Shown piece by piece: positions 1 to 13,300 of a stretch of DNA of 63,784 nt (positions within the stretch are counted from its first letter, which is position 1; every line of letters begins with the position of its first letter). A model generated the notes under the pieces. It had not been told where the DNA came from, did no database searches, and worked only from the letters and a program-made list of their open reading frames with translations. Position numbers and translations under genes: made by a program. Location of the stretch: positions 1,232,551 to 1,296,334 of the forward strand of contig NW_004797283.1 in NCBI RefSeq assembly GCF_000002075.1, given 5' to 3'. Source of the DNA: Aplysia californica (taxonomy: Eukaryota).

Positions 1-248
1 TTCATTTCCACTTGTGGATATGCACAGCTTGCAGGCTTCTCTCTTAGCTTCAGTATTTCTAATTCATAAAGCCTCATGCTCAAGTGATTCGCTGCCCTCT
101 GTAATGCTGCTCTCCAATGATAAGATGAGAGCTCACAGGTAACGGATCAGTATCCAGCACTTCCAACGTCATTAGCAAACACTTTTCCATTAGACAAACA
201 AGCACCCTGGAACACAAGTAACAACCAAAAATTCACTTCAATACAAAC

Positions 249-773
249 CAACATATAGAAGCTTCTCCGTAGCTTCTAGCAGCATCTGGATGATGTGTGG
301 AATGGTGATGCGTTCAGCAATGTACTTCTGCTGTGTCTTGGTGTTGCCAGCCAGAGACCACAAGGCACAAGCGCCTTGTTCACGCACTTCAACAAAGACA
401 TTCTGAAAAGTAAAACCATCAACTTCTTTCATTAAACTTCTCAAAAAAATATCATCAACTTCTTTCATTAAACTTCCCAATAAAATATCAGCTTCTTTCA
501 CAAGCGCCTTGTTCACGCACTTCAACAAAGACATTCTGAAAAGTAAAACCATCAACTTCTTTCATTAAACTTCTCAAAAAAATATCATCAACTTCTTTCA
601 TTAAACTTCCCAATGAAATATCAGCTTCTTTCATTAAACTTCCCAATAAACCAAAATCTGAAAGATTTGTAGTATACTGGAAAAGGAGAATAGAAGCAGC
701 TGCTTAATGTAACATATAAATTTTGTTTTATGGCATATTGACAAAATATCATCATCATCATCAACATCATCAA

Positions 774-826
<53 letters not shown>

Positions 827-3340
827 CCATCATCACTGCCTTTCTCACCCTGCATCAGGGTAAAGGCCACTTTCCTTCTTTCCCTATCCTGACTAGTCTC
901 TTGATATTATTCTATGTCTCCCACTTTTCTGTACATCATTCTGTGATATTGATAAACAACTGTTTTCTACACTTCCCACTAGAAACCCAATACATATGTG
1001 CATTATTGGACAAGGCATCATCATTAAATCAAAGTAAAAAATCTTGCAAATAGTATTCTGACAATCAGATGTCTTTTAGTATAATGCACTGACTCTTAAC
1101 TATAAAAGTTTCCACAACTGAAGTATAAAGATAGATCTTAAGCAGTTACTTTACTATTTATTCAGTAATTCATTACTTTCAACAAACAAGAAAGACTGAC
1201 AGCTAAGATAGCTAAAATTCTTTTTTTTTTTTAATTGATCAATTTTTAAAGGAAAACAAGAAAGTTTTTTTAAAAAACATAATGACTGCACTCCACCTTC
1301 AAGAGTCGAATCAAAGCTTTCGGAGCATCCAGTTCTAGGAAGCGCTTCTGACTGTAAGCATTGTTTGTAGCCAGAGCCTCCACAGCACTGGCAGCTTTCA
1401 CCTGCACCGTTGTGCTACGGCTGCATCGGATCAGTTCCACTAGGGGTCTGAAGTAATAAAACAACAGCATGTTGGGCTCATGGACTGAGAGTTTCTTACA
1501 AAGAACTGCAAGGAATATGATAATAATATGATTTTTACCATAATCTTTTAAGTATACAGTCAAAATTGTCCTAGATGACTATCTATTGTCAAGGAGAAAA
1601 AGTGATTGTCTTAGACAGGGGGATGTCTTGGACAGTGTTATTTTGATAAAGAAAAAAATACAAGGGAGAAAGTGAGAAGTGGTCGTTTGTACAGTTGATT
1701 GTCCTGCATAGGACAGGTGCACATTAGAGCAGGTTCTACTGTCTTTCCTTATGCCACATTTAATAACTCCAGCCAAACAAAGCTTGAACCCTAATTTTTG
1801 AAGAAACGACCAACTTTGGGGGAAATATTTTTTAATTCATCCCAGGAAAAGCTAGAAAAGCCTAACAAAAAAGACAAAAATAAAGAAATTAAGTATCATC
1901 ACAGGAACACTTCTATCAACAGAATTTAAAGCACTGACCTTTAGAACTCTGAATGCAAAAACTCAAAGAATAATGTCTGATAATAACACACACAACAGAG
2001 CAAAAGTAAAAATGTTCTACATACTTGTGAGCATTGTCTTTGATCACAGCATTCTGGTTCTCAATGTTCTTTGCCGTGACGGCAGCCAGAGCAGCAGCAG
2101 CACCAGCCTGAAGGTCTTCTGCATGTAGAAGATGGAAAAGAATGAGCAAAAACAAGAGCAACAAACACCATTTGTCTAACGATGCGGTGGAATCAGGCGC
2201 TCATCAATTTTTTGGCATCTGGAGTTATTGGTATCATCTTAAAGCCTGCCCATTTGCCTTGCTTTCGAGGGAAAAAAATATCCATTTATCGTGAACGCAA
2301 GTTAAGATATTTGCGATGGAAAAAGGTGGGGGTCACTTGGTTTCAGAGGTAAACTTAGCGAGAAAATGGCTGCGAGAGTTTAATTATTTCCGCGAGAGTT
2401 TAATCATTTCCGTAGCTTGAGAGTCTGTGGAAACTTCCAATTTACATTTTTTATGTCTTTAATCAACGTTTTTCAGTAAAAGCCACACAGAAATGTGTTT
2501 TTTAATGGGCATGAAAGATGTTGATCCAAAAACCAAAATTTGATAAAAATTCCCAAACCTGCGGAAAAATGCCAGTTTCTTCACATTCATTTTTTTGACG
2601 AGCGCCTGATTTCACTACGATGCCTCACATTTGGTCTTGAACGCTATAGTGCAATAATCTCTCGTGGGTGGTTGGTGGGCTCCCCGGTGTGGTTTGTTCA
2701 TTCTTTCCGATTCAACAGCTATCATCCCTATCTTTCCTCCTTCTCATCTTTGTATGTTATGCCCTAGTAACACTTCTTACCTCCAGCATCTATATGACCT
2801 AATAGTGTGGCAAGTGCCGAAAAACTCTTACTAAAAATGAACTTAAAACAAGAATCTCTGAGCGTTTAATCACAATAACATAAAAGCCTTTTAATTTATC
2901 ATATTTCTTTGAATCTACCAATCAAGAGTTGACCTAAGTGTACTATGAGTAACATTCCTTTTATAAAAAAGAAAATACAAAAATAACATCATTATACATC
3001 TTTTGCCTGTAGTGTTAAGCTCTTCTACAACCACATAGAAAAAACTACTGCAGCCTCTCAGCTATTTGGTTGCAAGTGTTTTTACATGAATATGTCTTCT
3101 TGTGATCATGGAAAATCAAAGCACTAAAATTAAAGTAAGGGAAAGAAGGGCATATTTTTTTGCTACACCAAACCATAATGCTAACCACTGGTTTTCCCCA
3201 TTCATTAAACTAAAAAAACACAAAGAGTATAAATATGAAAAGAAAATTTATAATAAAAATTGTATTTCTCTTCCGCCCTCATCAAATTAAAGAAAAGCCA
3301 CCTATCTCTTGAATTTATTTGACCTCAAACTAATAAACAA

Positions 3341-3412
<72 letters not shown>

Positions 3413-6400
3413 CTTACACTCATCATATCATAAAGTGCCAAATCTGGAACAAACATAAGCGATCAGGGTTATCCATTTATCTCTCTGCTCAGATGCTCTT
3501 AAAAAAAACTACATCATCCTATTGTTTACTCGTCACCCATCCGTTCAGGATATCCAAATAAGTTGTTGTAAGCCCACCCCCAGGCCGAAGGGCTAGAACC
3601 CAAATGGCCGCAGGATCGGAAAAGTAAAAGTAAAGTAAGTCCATCCCTGCTGTGTTTGCCTTTAATTTTTCCATTGAGAGCAAGATGTTCAAAGCTTTTA
3701 TGTCAAGTCAAGTGTCCCGGAAACTGCATTTGTCTACCTTACATTAACAAAACAATAATACAATTGAAATTGACCTAGATGGCACCCATTTTCGTGGAGA
3801 AAAGCGATTGTCTTAGATAGGTGGACGTCTTACACAGTGTCATTATATTAATTTTTTTTAATCTAAGGGAGGAAATAAGAACTGGTCGTTTGTACAGATA
3901 ATTGTCTTATACAGATGGCTGTCAAAGCAGGTTTAACTGTAGTTTCAGTTTCATTTTCCTTCTTTCTCACCAGATTTGACATCCAAGAACTCAACCAATG
4001 GCTCCAGACCCCCGCACTGGGCAACAGCGTCCTGGTTACACTGGTTGCCGTTGCACAGCACACGAATGGCATTGACAGCATTCACAAGCACATCCTCTAG
4101 CTCCGAGTCCAGAAGGTTCACCAAGGGAGCAATGCCACCATTGTCAGCAATCAAAGTCTGGAAACACAAAGCAATAAAACTAGAAGTTTCTACTTCACCT
4201 TACANNNNNNNNNNNNNNNNNNNNNNNNNNNNNNNNNNNNNNNNNNNNNNNNNNNNNNNNNNNNNNNNNNNNNNNNNNNNNNNNNNNNNNNNNNNNNNNN
4301 NNNNNNNNNNNNNNNNNNNNNNNNNNNNNNNNNNNNNNNNNNNNNNNNNNNNNNNNNNNNNNNNNNNNNNNNNNNNNNNNNNNNNNNNNNNNNNNNNNNN
4401 NNNNNNNNNNNNNNNNNNNNNNNNNNNNNNNNNNNNNNNNNNNNNNNNNNNNNNNNNNNNNNNNNNNNNNNNNNNNNNNNNNNNNNNNNNNNNNNNNNNN
4501 NNNNNNNNNNNNNNNNNNNNNNNNNNNNNNNNNNNNNNNNNNNNNNNNNNNNNNNNNNNNNNNNNNNNNNNNNNNCACCCGTCATCTTCCCTATCTAGAG
4601 CATACAAAACCTTGATCAAGTTAACTTGACTTCAGGACTGTTTCAACAATTTAATAAATTTTAATCACCATTTTGACCCCCTCAGATCAATATCACTTTT
4701 TAGTGAGTTACCTGATTCCCCTCAATACAGGCAATGTCTGAGAGAATGATGGCCGCCCGTGACTGGATGTCATCCACCTCAGAACTGAGCAGCTGGATGA
4801 GGATGGGGCCAGCCTTGGCTTTCGACAGAGCCAGGCGAATCTCGTAATTCTCCGAGGTGTTGCACAGGACAGACGCAGCCACAGACTGAATCTCTACATT
4901 GTCCAGGTGCAGGAGACTCACTAAGGCAGGGACACCATCTGAGGAAAAAAAAGCATTGCTCGAGTCAGAGAAAAGAACATTGACAACAATAATTGTCGTA
5001 CTGGAGGAGAAGATGTGTGAGAGAGCGTGTGTGAGCACACGNNNNNNNNNNNNNNNNNNNNNNNNNNNNNNNNNNNNNNNNNNNNNNNNNNNNNNNNNNN
5101 NNNNNNNNNNNNNNNNNNNNNNNNNNNNNNNNNNNNNNNNNNNNNNNNNNNNNNNNNNNNNNNNNNNNNNNNNNNNNNNNNNNNNNNNNNNNNNNGTGTA
5201 TGTGTGTACCTGTGTATGGGTGTGTGTACATGGTGAAACACTAAACCAATGCGTCAGGATCTGGGCAATAAAGATGCATCTTATCTTATCTTATCTTATC
5301 AAGTCAATTGTTCAAACAAACAAGATGCAAAGGATCAGGTCATGAATCTTTCTAACACAAACACAGGCTGTATAATTGCTGGTGCTAAAAAGAAATGAGA
5401 AATGATAAGGAAGTTGAGTTCTGACACATGGGAACAAATATTGCTCATCTCTACAATACATGAAGTCCCTATCAACTATAAACCAACACAATGACATGAC
5501 TTCTTACTTGCTTCCAGTATGCATTTCCAATGGTCTGGTTTCGATGTTGAGAGCACTTCTAAACATTTCACTGCACTGTCCTTTTTAGCCATACTTTCGT
5601 CATTAAGCATATCTGTAGAAAGAGCAATCTCATGACACTGATGGACTGGCAATAAATATAACATTCTTTTTCAGTAATTTATTGATAGATGTATGTATGT
5701 AAACCTAAAACAATAAAAGAAAAAATATTGAAGCACAGAGATGCACAATATGGTTCCTACATTTCTTGTTAAAAAGATAATTTTATTAATCCACATAGAG
5801 AAATTTCATTTCAAATGACACAACATTTTAGCATAAGGTACACAGAACATCATATTGTTCATGCATTCATATGTATTGAAAAACACCACATCATTTATAG
5901 CTGAGATAGAACTGTAGCCTTCGAGCAAAAGTTACAGTGACTCACACAAGGCAAAAGAGCTAGTTTTGAGGCAGGTAAATTTGACAGTGGGTTGATAAAA
6001 TAAGATGGTCGTTTTATACAGGTGACCGTCAAGGCAGGTTCAACTGTATTTAGAATAGAAGTCAAAATATTTGAGATTGAAGAAGTTAAGGGTAGCCTGG
6101 TCTCTGAGGTAAAATTAGCCAGAAAATGACTGTCAAAATTTAGTTTTTCTGTGTCTTTGATCTACGTTTTTCTGTAAAATCCACAGAGAAATATGCTTTT
6201 AAATGGAAGTAGGTGTTGAGCCAAATAAAAAAAATTCAACATTATTTTGATGAGAGCCTGATTTCACCACGCTGCCTTACATTTAAATACTTTAAGAGGC
6301 AGGCAACATCAACCCTGCCAGTCAGGACCAACCCTAGCAGACAGATAAAGATATTCAATAAAAAACCTTCCCATAAGGAAACCAAACTCACATCTGTGTG

Positions 6401-9400
6401 TGATGGTGCACGGTAAAGCACCTAACTGCTACACCACAGACGCCAGTTACGCACTGATTGAGATTATCTTTTTTTTTAAGAACAGTGAACAAAGATTACT
6501 TGACCATTATCTCTCCGTTCTCTCCCTTTTTTTAACACTGGGCAAGAAACCTTTACAAAACTCTCATCACTTTTTATCAGAACTTCAGTAGCACTGTGGT
6601 TGTCGAACCAACACTTAACTATAATGTATTTTAGTTTTAGTAGAGGTTTTACGGCGCTCGCAGCGGCATAAGGTCATATGAGCGCAACTATAATGTATGC
6701 TCTAGAAAGAGAATTTAAAAAAGAGGTACAACCTATTCTACTTTATTATGGAAATTTTGTGTTAACAACTCGACACCATATTAAAATGTTATTGATAGGT
6801 ATATCATTTATAATTTATGCTGTTTTCATGGAAGTCTCTTCTGTAAAATGCGTACGTTTTATGTGTTGCCGGCCAATGGCCTTAAACACTGAATAAAACA
6901 CCTACCTATGACCAAAAAAAACTAAAACACCTTCCTGCCTTATAAAAAGAAGAGGAAAACTTACCCACTAAAACATCCCACACCGGAGCGTCAGGGCTGT
7001 CCATCTGTATCATGAACTCCAGCACGTTGGTGTGAAACCGGAGCGCACTCAGGGTGACGAGATCATTGCCGTCCCCATCCTTGGTACGCACCATAGCACC
7101 CAGCTCTATAAGACACTGCACCGCTGACAAACCTCCGGAACTGGCAGCCAGGAGCAAGGGAGTGGATTTCTGACTGTGGACAGAACCAAATGCAAGACAA
7201 AAGAATTGTAATAGTATTTTAGTTTTGGTAAGAGTTTTGCGGCGCTTTAACACAATCAGGTCATATAAGTTCCAAAGATTAGAATTGTTACTAGAGTGTA
7301 ACATACAAATAAAAAAAGGAGGAAAGATGATGATGATAGATGTTTGATAGGAAAGAAGGAGCACACCACACCAGAGCACCCATCAACCACCCACCTTCAA
7401 AGTATACAACAACCTCATCACAATAATGGCCACAGAGACAGATTCGACCAAGAGTAACACAGAAAAGAATGAAATGTGTTGAATCGATTTGTTATTGTCC
7501 TATGACAAAAAAACCTTGGGTGTGTAATTCTGAAGCCATACTTGCATGATATAATAAGTACCCTCTGGTGTGGTGAAGTTTGCTACCAGCCAACATGAGA
7601 AAAGGAAACATACTGCAAATTAAGTGGTTGCATGTGACCTCTAAGGCACGATGGTTATGTTAAAAAATATTGACATAGTGGAACTTATTCATGGGAATAA
7701 ACAGAGAAAAATAAGGCAATATAAACCATTCCTATGATTAAATCAGTCAAGTCTCCAGTGGACACAGATTCACATAAAATTACATGTTAAAATAACAAAC
7801 TGCATTTGTAGAGTGATATGCCTACTCAAAAGAAGGTTTATGCACTTATGCAATAACCATTACTGTAACAAATTACAGAACATTCCAAAACATTCTCAGC
7901 TTCCAAGAAAGCATTAGAGTGAGTTGCCATTTTACAGGCACTCAAACACTATCATACTAACTAGAAGTGTATGGCATTGGTGGCTCTCAGACTTGCAACT
8001 GTAAGGTTGTGGGTTAGAATCTGGTCAGAGATCCAATGTTGTGTCCTTGGGAAAGGCACTTAACACAAATTTTTCTCACTTCACCTAGGTGGGAATGAGC
8101 ACCTAGCTATAATAGACAGCAAAAGATCTTGTCAGCTGGTTAGTGTTTCAGCACATGCAATCCACAGCTTGCCATGTATGCTTCCGAGAATGATTCCCAA
8201 TGTTCTAGAGTCTGCTGAGATAATAATAGTTGTAAAGGGAATAGAGAATGCTGTAGAGCATGGATATGCGCTATACAAATACAAATTATTATTATTATCA
8301 TTAAGTGAGACAGCACTGGCAATTTTTCATAAGTAGTCACCACAACAACTCACTCATTTTTTGTTGGAAGTTCAAGCAAGCCTGTGTTTTTTCGAACCAT
8401 GAGCTTTATAACAGGCTTATGGTCAAAGAAAGCAGCGTGGTGGATCGGTGCCCATCCATCCTGGTCTGTGGCCAGAATATTGGCATAGTTTGCCAAGAGA
8501 CATGTGACCCCATCCAGAGAGCCACACCGAGCAGCCATGTGGAGAGCAGTGGGACCTGGGCATAAAGAAGGGAAACTAAGGAATGACAAGAGCTTAAGAA
8601 ATAAAGAAGACCAGTCACTGTTAGAAAAGCATTCCGATAAATTATAGCAGGACCTAGGCATAAACAAGGTAAAATGCAGTATGTCAAGAGCTTGAAAAAT
8701 AGAAAAAAATCAGTAATTGTAAGAAAAGCATTCGCACAAATTATAGCCGAAGTATCTGCAAGTAGCTCTCCATGAATGTTAGTTAGAGAGGTCGTAACTT
8801 CATCACCAGCAAGACATAAAAATACTACTTCAGAAAAATGCCTGACAAAGAGCCCTAGTTGAATTAAATTAACAATAAAACAAGATTCATTATTTCTTAG
8901 ACAATTTCTAAATTTGAAAGATAACATTCATATGTCCTCATCATGAATAATGAGAAATTGAATATTAAAAAAGGAAAATATTATGACTACTAATAACATT
9001 CATATGTCATCATGAATAATGAGAAATTGAATATTAAAAAAGGAAAATATAATGACTACTATGTCATGAGCAACTATACACTAAATCATTGCGAAGTAAA
9101 GCACAGCAAGTGTCTCAATGAAGAACAGCAAACAAAATAGAGTAAAAAACTGATTTAATGAACACATATTTTACAAAACAACAAATTCACTTAGAAATAA
9201 CTTCAAATGTTAACAACACCCAAATCTAATAGTAATTAAATAAGTAAACATTCGGACAAACCTGAAGGTACTTTTCCCAAAATGAAACAAACAAAACTTT
9301 AGAACAAGAGCTACAAATACTTATAAGAAACATATGCACTACCCTGCTAGAAAAGATAATTCTCTACAGTTCCCAAAACATGATCTGTCCCTAAACAACT

Positions 9401-10263
9401 AGGAACTATAGCAAAAAAATACAGACAGGGAGCAAAACAAACAAAAAAGAAAGAAAGAATGCTGAAAACAAAATGATTGAAAAAACAAGGATAGCAACTC
9501 CATTCTGCAGATTACCATCCGGAAATTTTATAAGACTTAGACTCGACGAGGTACTCCTAAAGGAGCGGACGGACACATTTAACGTAGTAGTTGAAATCGT
9601 CATTGAGGAAGAAAGTGAACCTGGATCCCACATCCTTCCTGAGAAAACAATGTAAATGGATCTGTATTTTTGCTTTTTAATCTCTCAAACAGCCTTGACT
9701 GATGTCACCCTCCTCCAACTACGGCCAGTGCTACCATTTATATTTATGATTATTTATGCCATGACTGCAGTTACTATGACAATTTCTACTCCTACAATAG
9801 CCCTGTCTGTTTGCTTAGTGTGTCCTTAAAAATATCTTCTTACATTCAGTGAGCATTAGCCTGTGTAAAAGACAACACAGATCTGTTTCTGTGGTTTACT
9901 TACGCATTCCAACTCATGAGTAGAATGTTTTTTGTTATTTTAAGCCAGCATATCAGATATATAATTCACTAAGCCAAACTCACAACTTAAAAAGATATGG
10001 AGAGCATACTTTCACATGATTAGGTCCATCAATGCCCTTTCAAAGTAAAGACGGTTCACTGATAGTCTCGAGGAGTTTATAAGAACACTTTACTACGCCT
10101 TTTCTAGAAATAGTTAAGAGACTGTTAGCTGGATCTCTGAACTGCCTTTGTAGAATGGGGTAAGTTGTGCATAAAATCATTAGTTAAAAATATGTGGTTA
10201 TGAGAGTATATAATATTCATACATGTGAGTTTGTGTGTTGTACGTGTGTGTGTGTGTAAGTGA

Positions 10264-10309
<46 letters not shown>

Positions 10310-13300
10310 ATGAGTGTGTGTGTGCCTGCATACGTGTGTGCAAGCATGTGTGTGCTTTTCATTTGATCCCCACATGAAAAAACTCCGGACCACAGTGGGG
10401 TACGTAAGTGCTGTACAGTGCATTTAGTGGTAATGATATAAATTTGTGGTAGTAGAAGTAATAATAATGGTAACAATGGTGGTAGAAGTAGAAGTAGAAG
10501 TAGTAGTGGTGGTGGTGGTAGTGGTAGCGGTAGTAGAGGTAACAGTGGTAGTAGTAAGCAGTAGTAGAAGCAGCACAAGCAGCAGTAGCAACAGTAGCAG
10601 TGGCAGCAGCAACAGCAGCAGGAGCAGCAGCAACAGCAGTAGTAGTAGTAGTAGTAGTAGCAGTAGTGTTAGCAGCACTATTATCCTTATTATGATTAAA
10701 GCCAACAGCTCACCCGTTGATAGAATGTTGTTGCGTCTCACGTTCACATCAACTGCACTCATGAGCAACAGAACCATGATTTGGGGACGATTGTTTATTG
10801 CTGCATGGTGCAGAAAGGACAAGCCATTCTCGTCTTGTTTGCTGATTCGAGATCCAGTCATCTTGCGAGCCAGAGCACTGAACATAGCAACCATCCCTCG
10901 TTGAGCACAGATTTTCAGTCCATTGAAAGGAGTCTGGTAATACAATGATTTTCATGTTTACAGAGCGATACAATGTAGCAGTAGCCTTTCCTAAAAGTAA
11001 CTATAAGCTGATCTTTACATAATATGAGCATAGTGCATATAGTTCAAATGTGAGTACAAAGAGAACGTAAAGTATCCTAATACTTTACTCAACCCTATAA
11101 TTAAGCCTATTTTTCACCAAAAATACCCAGGGCTAAGAAATCCTAATGAACAAATATACTCAGTCTAAAATAATGCTTCTAATATGAAGAATGCCACCTG
11201 TAACATAACAATCTCATTGGCTGCATTTGACCAGAATAGCTACTTATAGGATAAAGAGGAAATTCAAGATCAGAGTTGAATTAATCTGAATTTATTTTAG
11301 ATTAAATGTGACAAACTGTAACTAATTTTAATCATATCCGTCTCAAATGAGGAGGTGGGGGAGAAAGGAGGAGAAAGTCTCTAAACACATCAACTGCTCA
11401 TCATAAGACTTCGTCATACATCACTCTTTTAAATGGCATAGGGCGGAGTGAGACACTAAGCAGTCAACATGTCAAGTATCTATCCAAATAAATATTCTAT
11501 GAAAACAGCAAAGTGACTTCTTCAAAATATTTCTTTAATTAGTTCAGTAAGTTTCATGTCTACCTTGCCAATATGAAGAAATCTCATTCAGTTTACCTTA
11601 TACTTAATGGCTTTCTTGTAACCAAAGTTTTTCTTGAACTGCTCATGAATGTTGTTATCAGGTATGGGCAACCTCTTCGGCTTCAGTTTGTCCATCTCCT
11701 CACAGTAAGCTCTGACCCACAAAGGTCGTTGAGGGTTTGTTCCATAAAATGTCTCAAGCTGAAGCATGATGGCATAGTACCTATAATAAAAAATATGTAT
11801 AACTAATTGGATTTGTCACTTTGTTCACAAGGTAGAAAGGTTGAAAGTAGAAGACTTTTCTTTTCACAGTTTAGATGTACCATTCAGTGTAAGGAGCCAA
11901 AAGAAACAGAGCATAAAGAAGAAAGTACAGATCAACTGCTCAATGTCAAAACCCACCAAACGTCACTTTTCAATATGACGCTAGGCGAAGTTTTACAGTT
12001 AGCAGTAAAGATGCTGATAAGGATTATCGGTTGCTAACACTATAAAAACCAACAGATGTACTAATTCTCTGTATCTTCCCAATATTATCTCAAGGTGAAC
12101 TTTCCCCTGGCGATCAAATCTACAACTGGCAGTGCTTGTTACATGATTTCACATTTTACAGAAACACCTGCAAAATCCATCCCCACTGCTTACCTATCCT
12201 AATACAACACTGTATTAAAGTCAAAGGGATAAGCCTTAAGGATGCTGAATTACAAACAACAAAAACAGCCAATTTTTATTAACACTTTGCCATCATATTT
12301 GGAGGGAAATCAAAAGAAACTGGGGTGGTAAACATCGCCAATCGGCGAGATGAGGCGGCAAAGTGTTAATCAACAGATGTCAGTAACATCATTGCCACTG
12401 CTTGCTTTTGATTCATAAATACAGTCAAACCTGCCATGACTGCCACCTGTATAATACAGCCACCTGTACAAACGGCCACTTTCCATTCCCCTCCTTGCGT
12501 TTTTTCTATATAATTTAACTGTGTAAAACGGTCACCTGTCCAACACGGACACAGCCACCTTATTTTATCAACCCATGGTCAAATTTACCTGCCTAAGGTG
12601 GCCAGGCACAGTCGTTTATTGCCTGACGCTTTGTAATAAATTTTGAATCAGCCCCTCATGCTGTGGACGGGCCGTCATAATTCATTCGCCTGTCGTTATT
12701 GTTATTCCCTCCAATGAATGTTTACCCAAGTTGACCAATGGGTAGGCTTAACAATAAATTTTCCACTGCTGGTAAGGGAAGAGTGATCCGTCATAACCTA
12801 AAGGCCTATTAAGCCACGCCCACAACTCATGCACAAATCGTGTGTGAGGTGACTGGTCACTGTTTTGTTTACCCAATCTGTAAAAAAAGTAACAATGGAT
12901 GCTGATATGAACTTGCAACAGAAGCGTTGCTCCTTCTCCGAGTGGTGGCGACCAGGGTATTTGTTTTACCACTGCACTCAGTCTTTATTGTCTTACTTAC
13001 ATAACATTTCGTTTATTTTACCCTTGCACAAAATCAGCAACAAAAAGAAAGCTAACCAAAAAAACAAACCAACAAAACAACACAAAAAACTTCTAACAAC
13101 ACCCACCCCCCTTTTTGAAAAAAAAAAAACCTTTTGAATTAGCCTTACGGCAGTCTAAAGCCTGAGGTCTGCCCTGGTTTGGACCTCAAAAGAGAATGAT
13201 TTGCTTTCTTCATTTAAATCAGTCCTGCCTAAGACGACCACCTGTGTTGTATGGCCACTTTTCTCCATTACAATGCAAGGCCGTTTTACACTGATTTGAT

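Noticed and set aside
137-206. AG/GT-bounded segment as the next ANKAR exon
   Set aside because: It would need an intron of about 40 nt, and its translation does not resemble an ARM repeat.
621-870. Poly-Met and poly-Asp ORFs
   Set aside because: Translations of an intronic (ATC)n microsatellite.
4190-5345. Long X-filled ORFs here and at the other N-runs
   Set aside because: Artefacts of N-runs. Flanking exons already join in frame, so no hidden exon is required.
10125-10713. Poly-HT, poly-Leu, poly-Thr and poly-Ser ORFs
   Set aside because: Microsatellite translations; only 10714-10933 is an exon.
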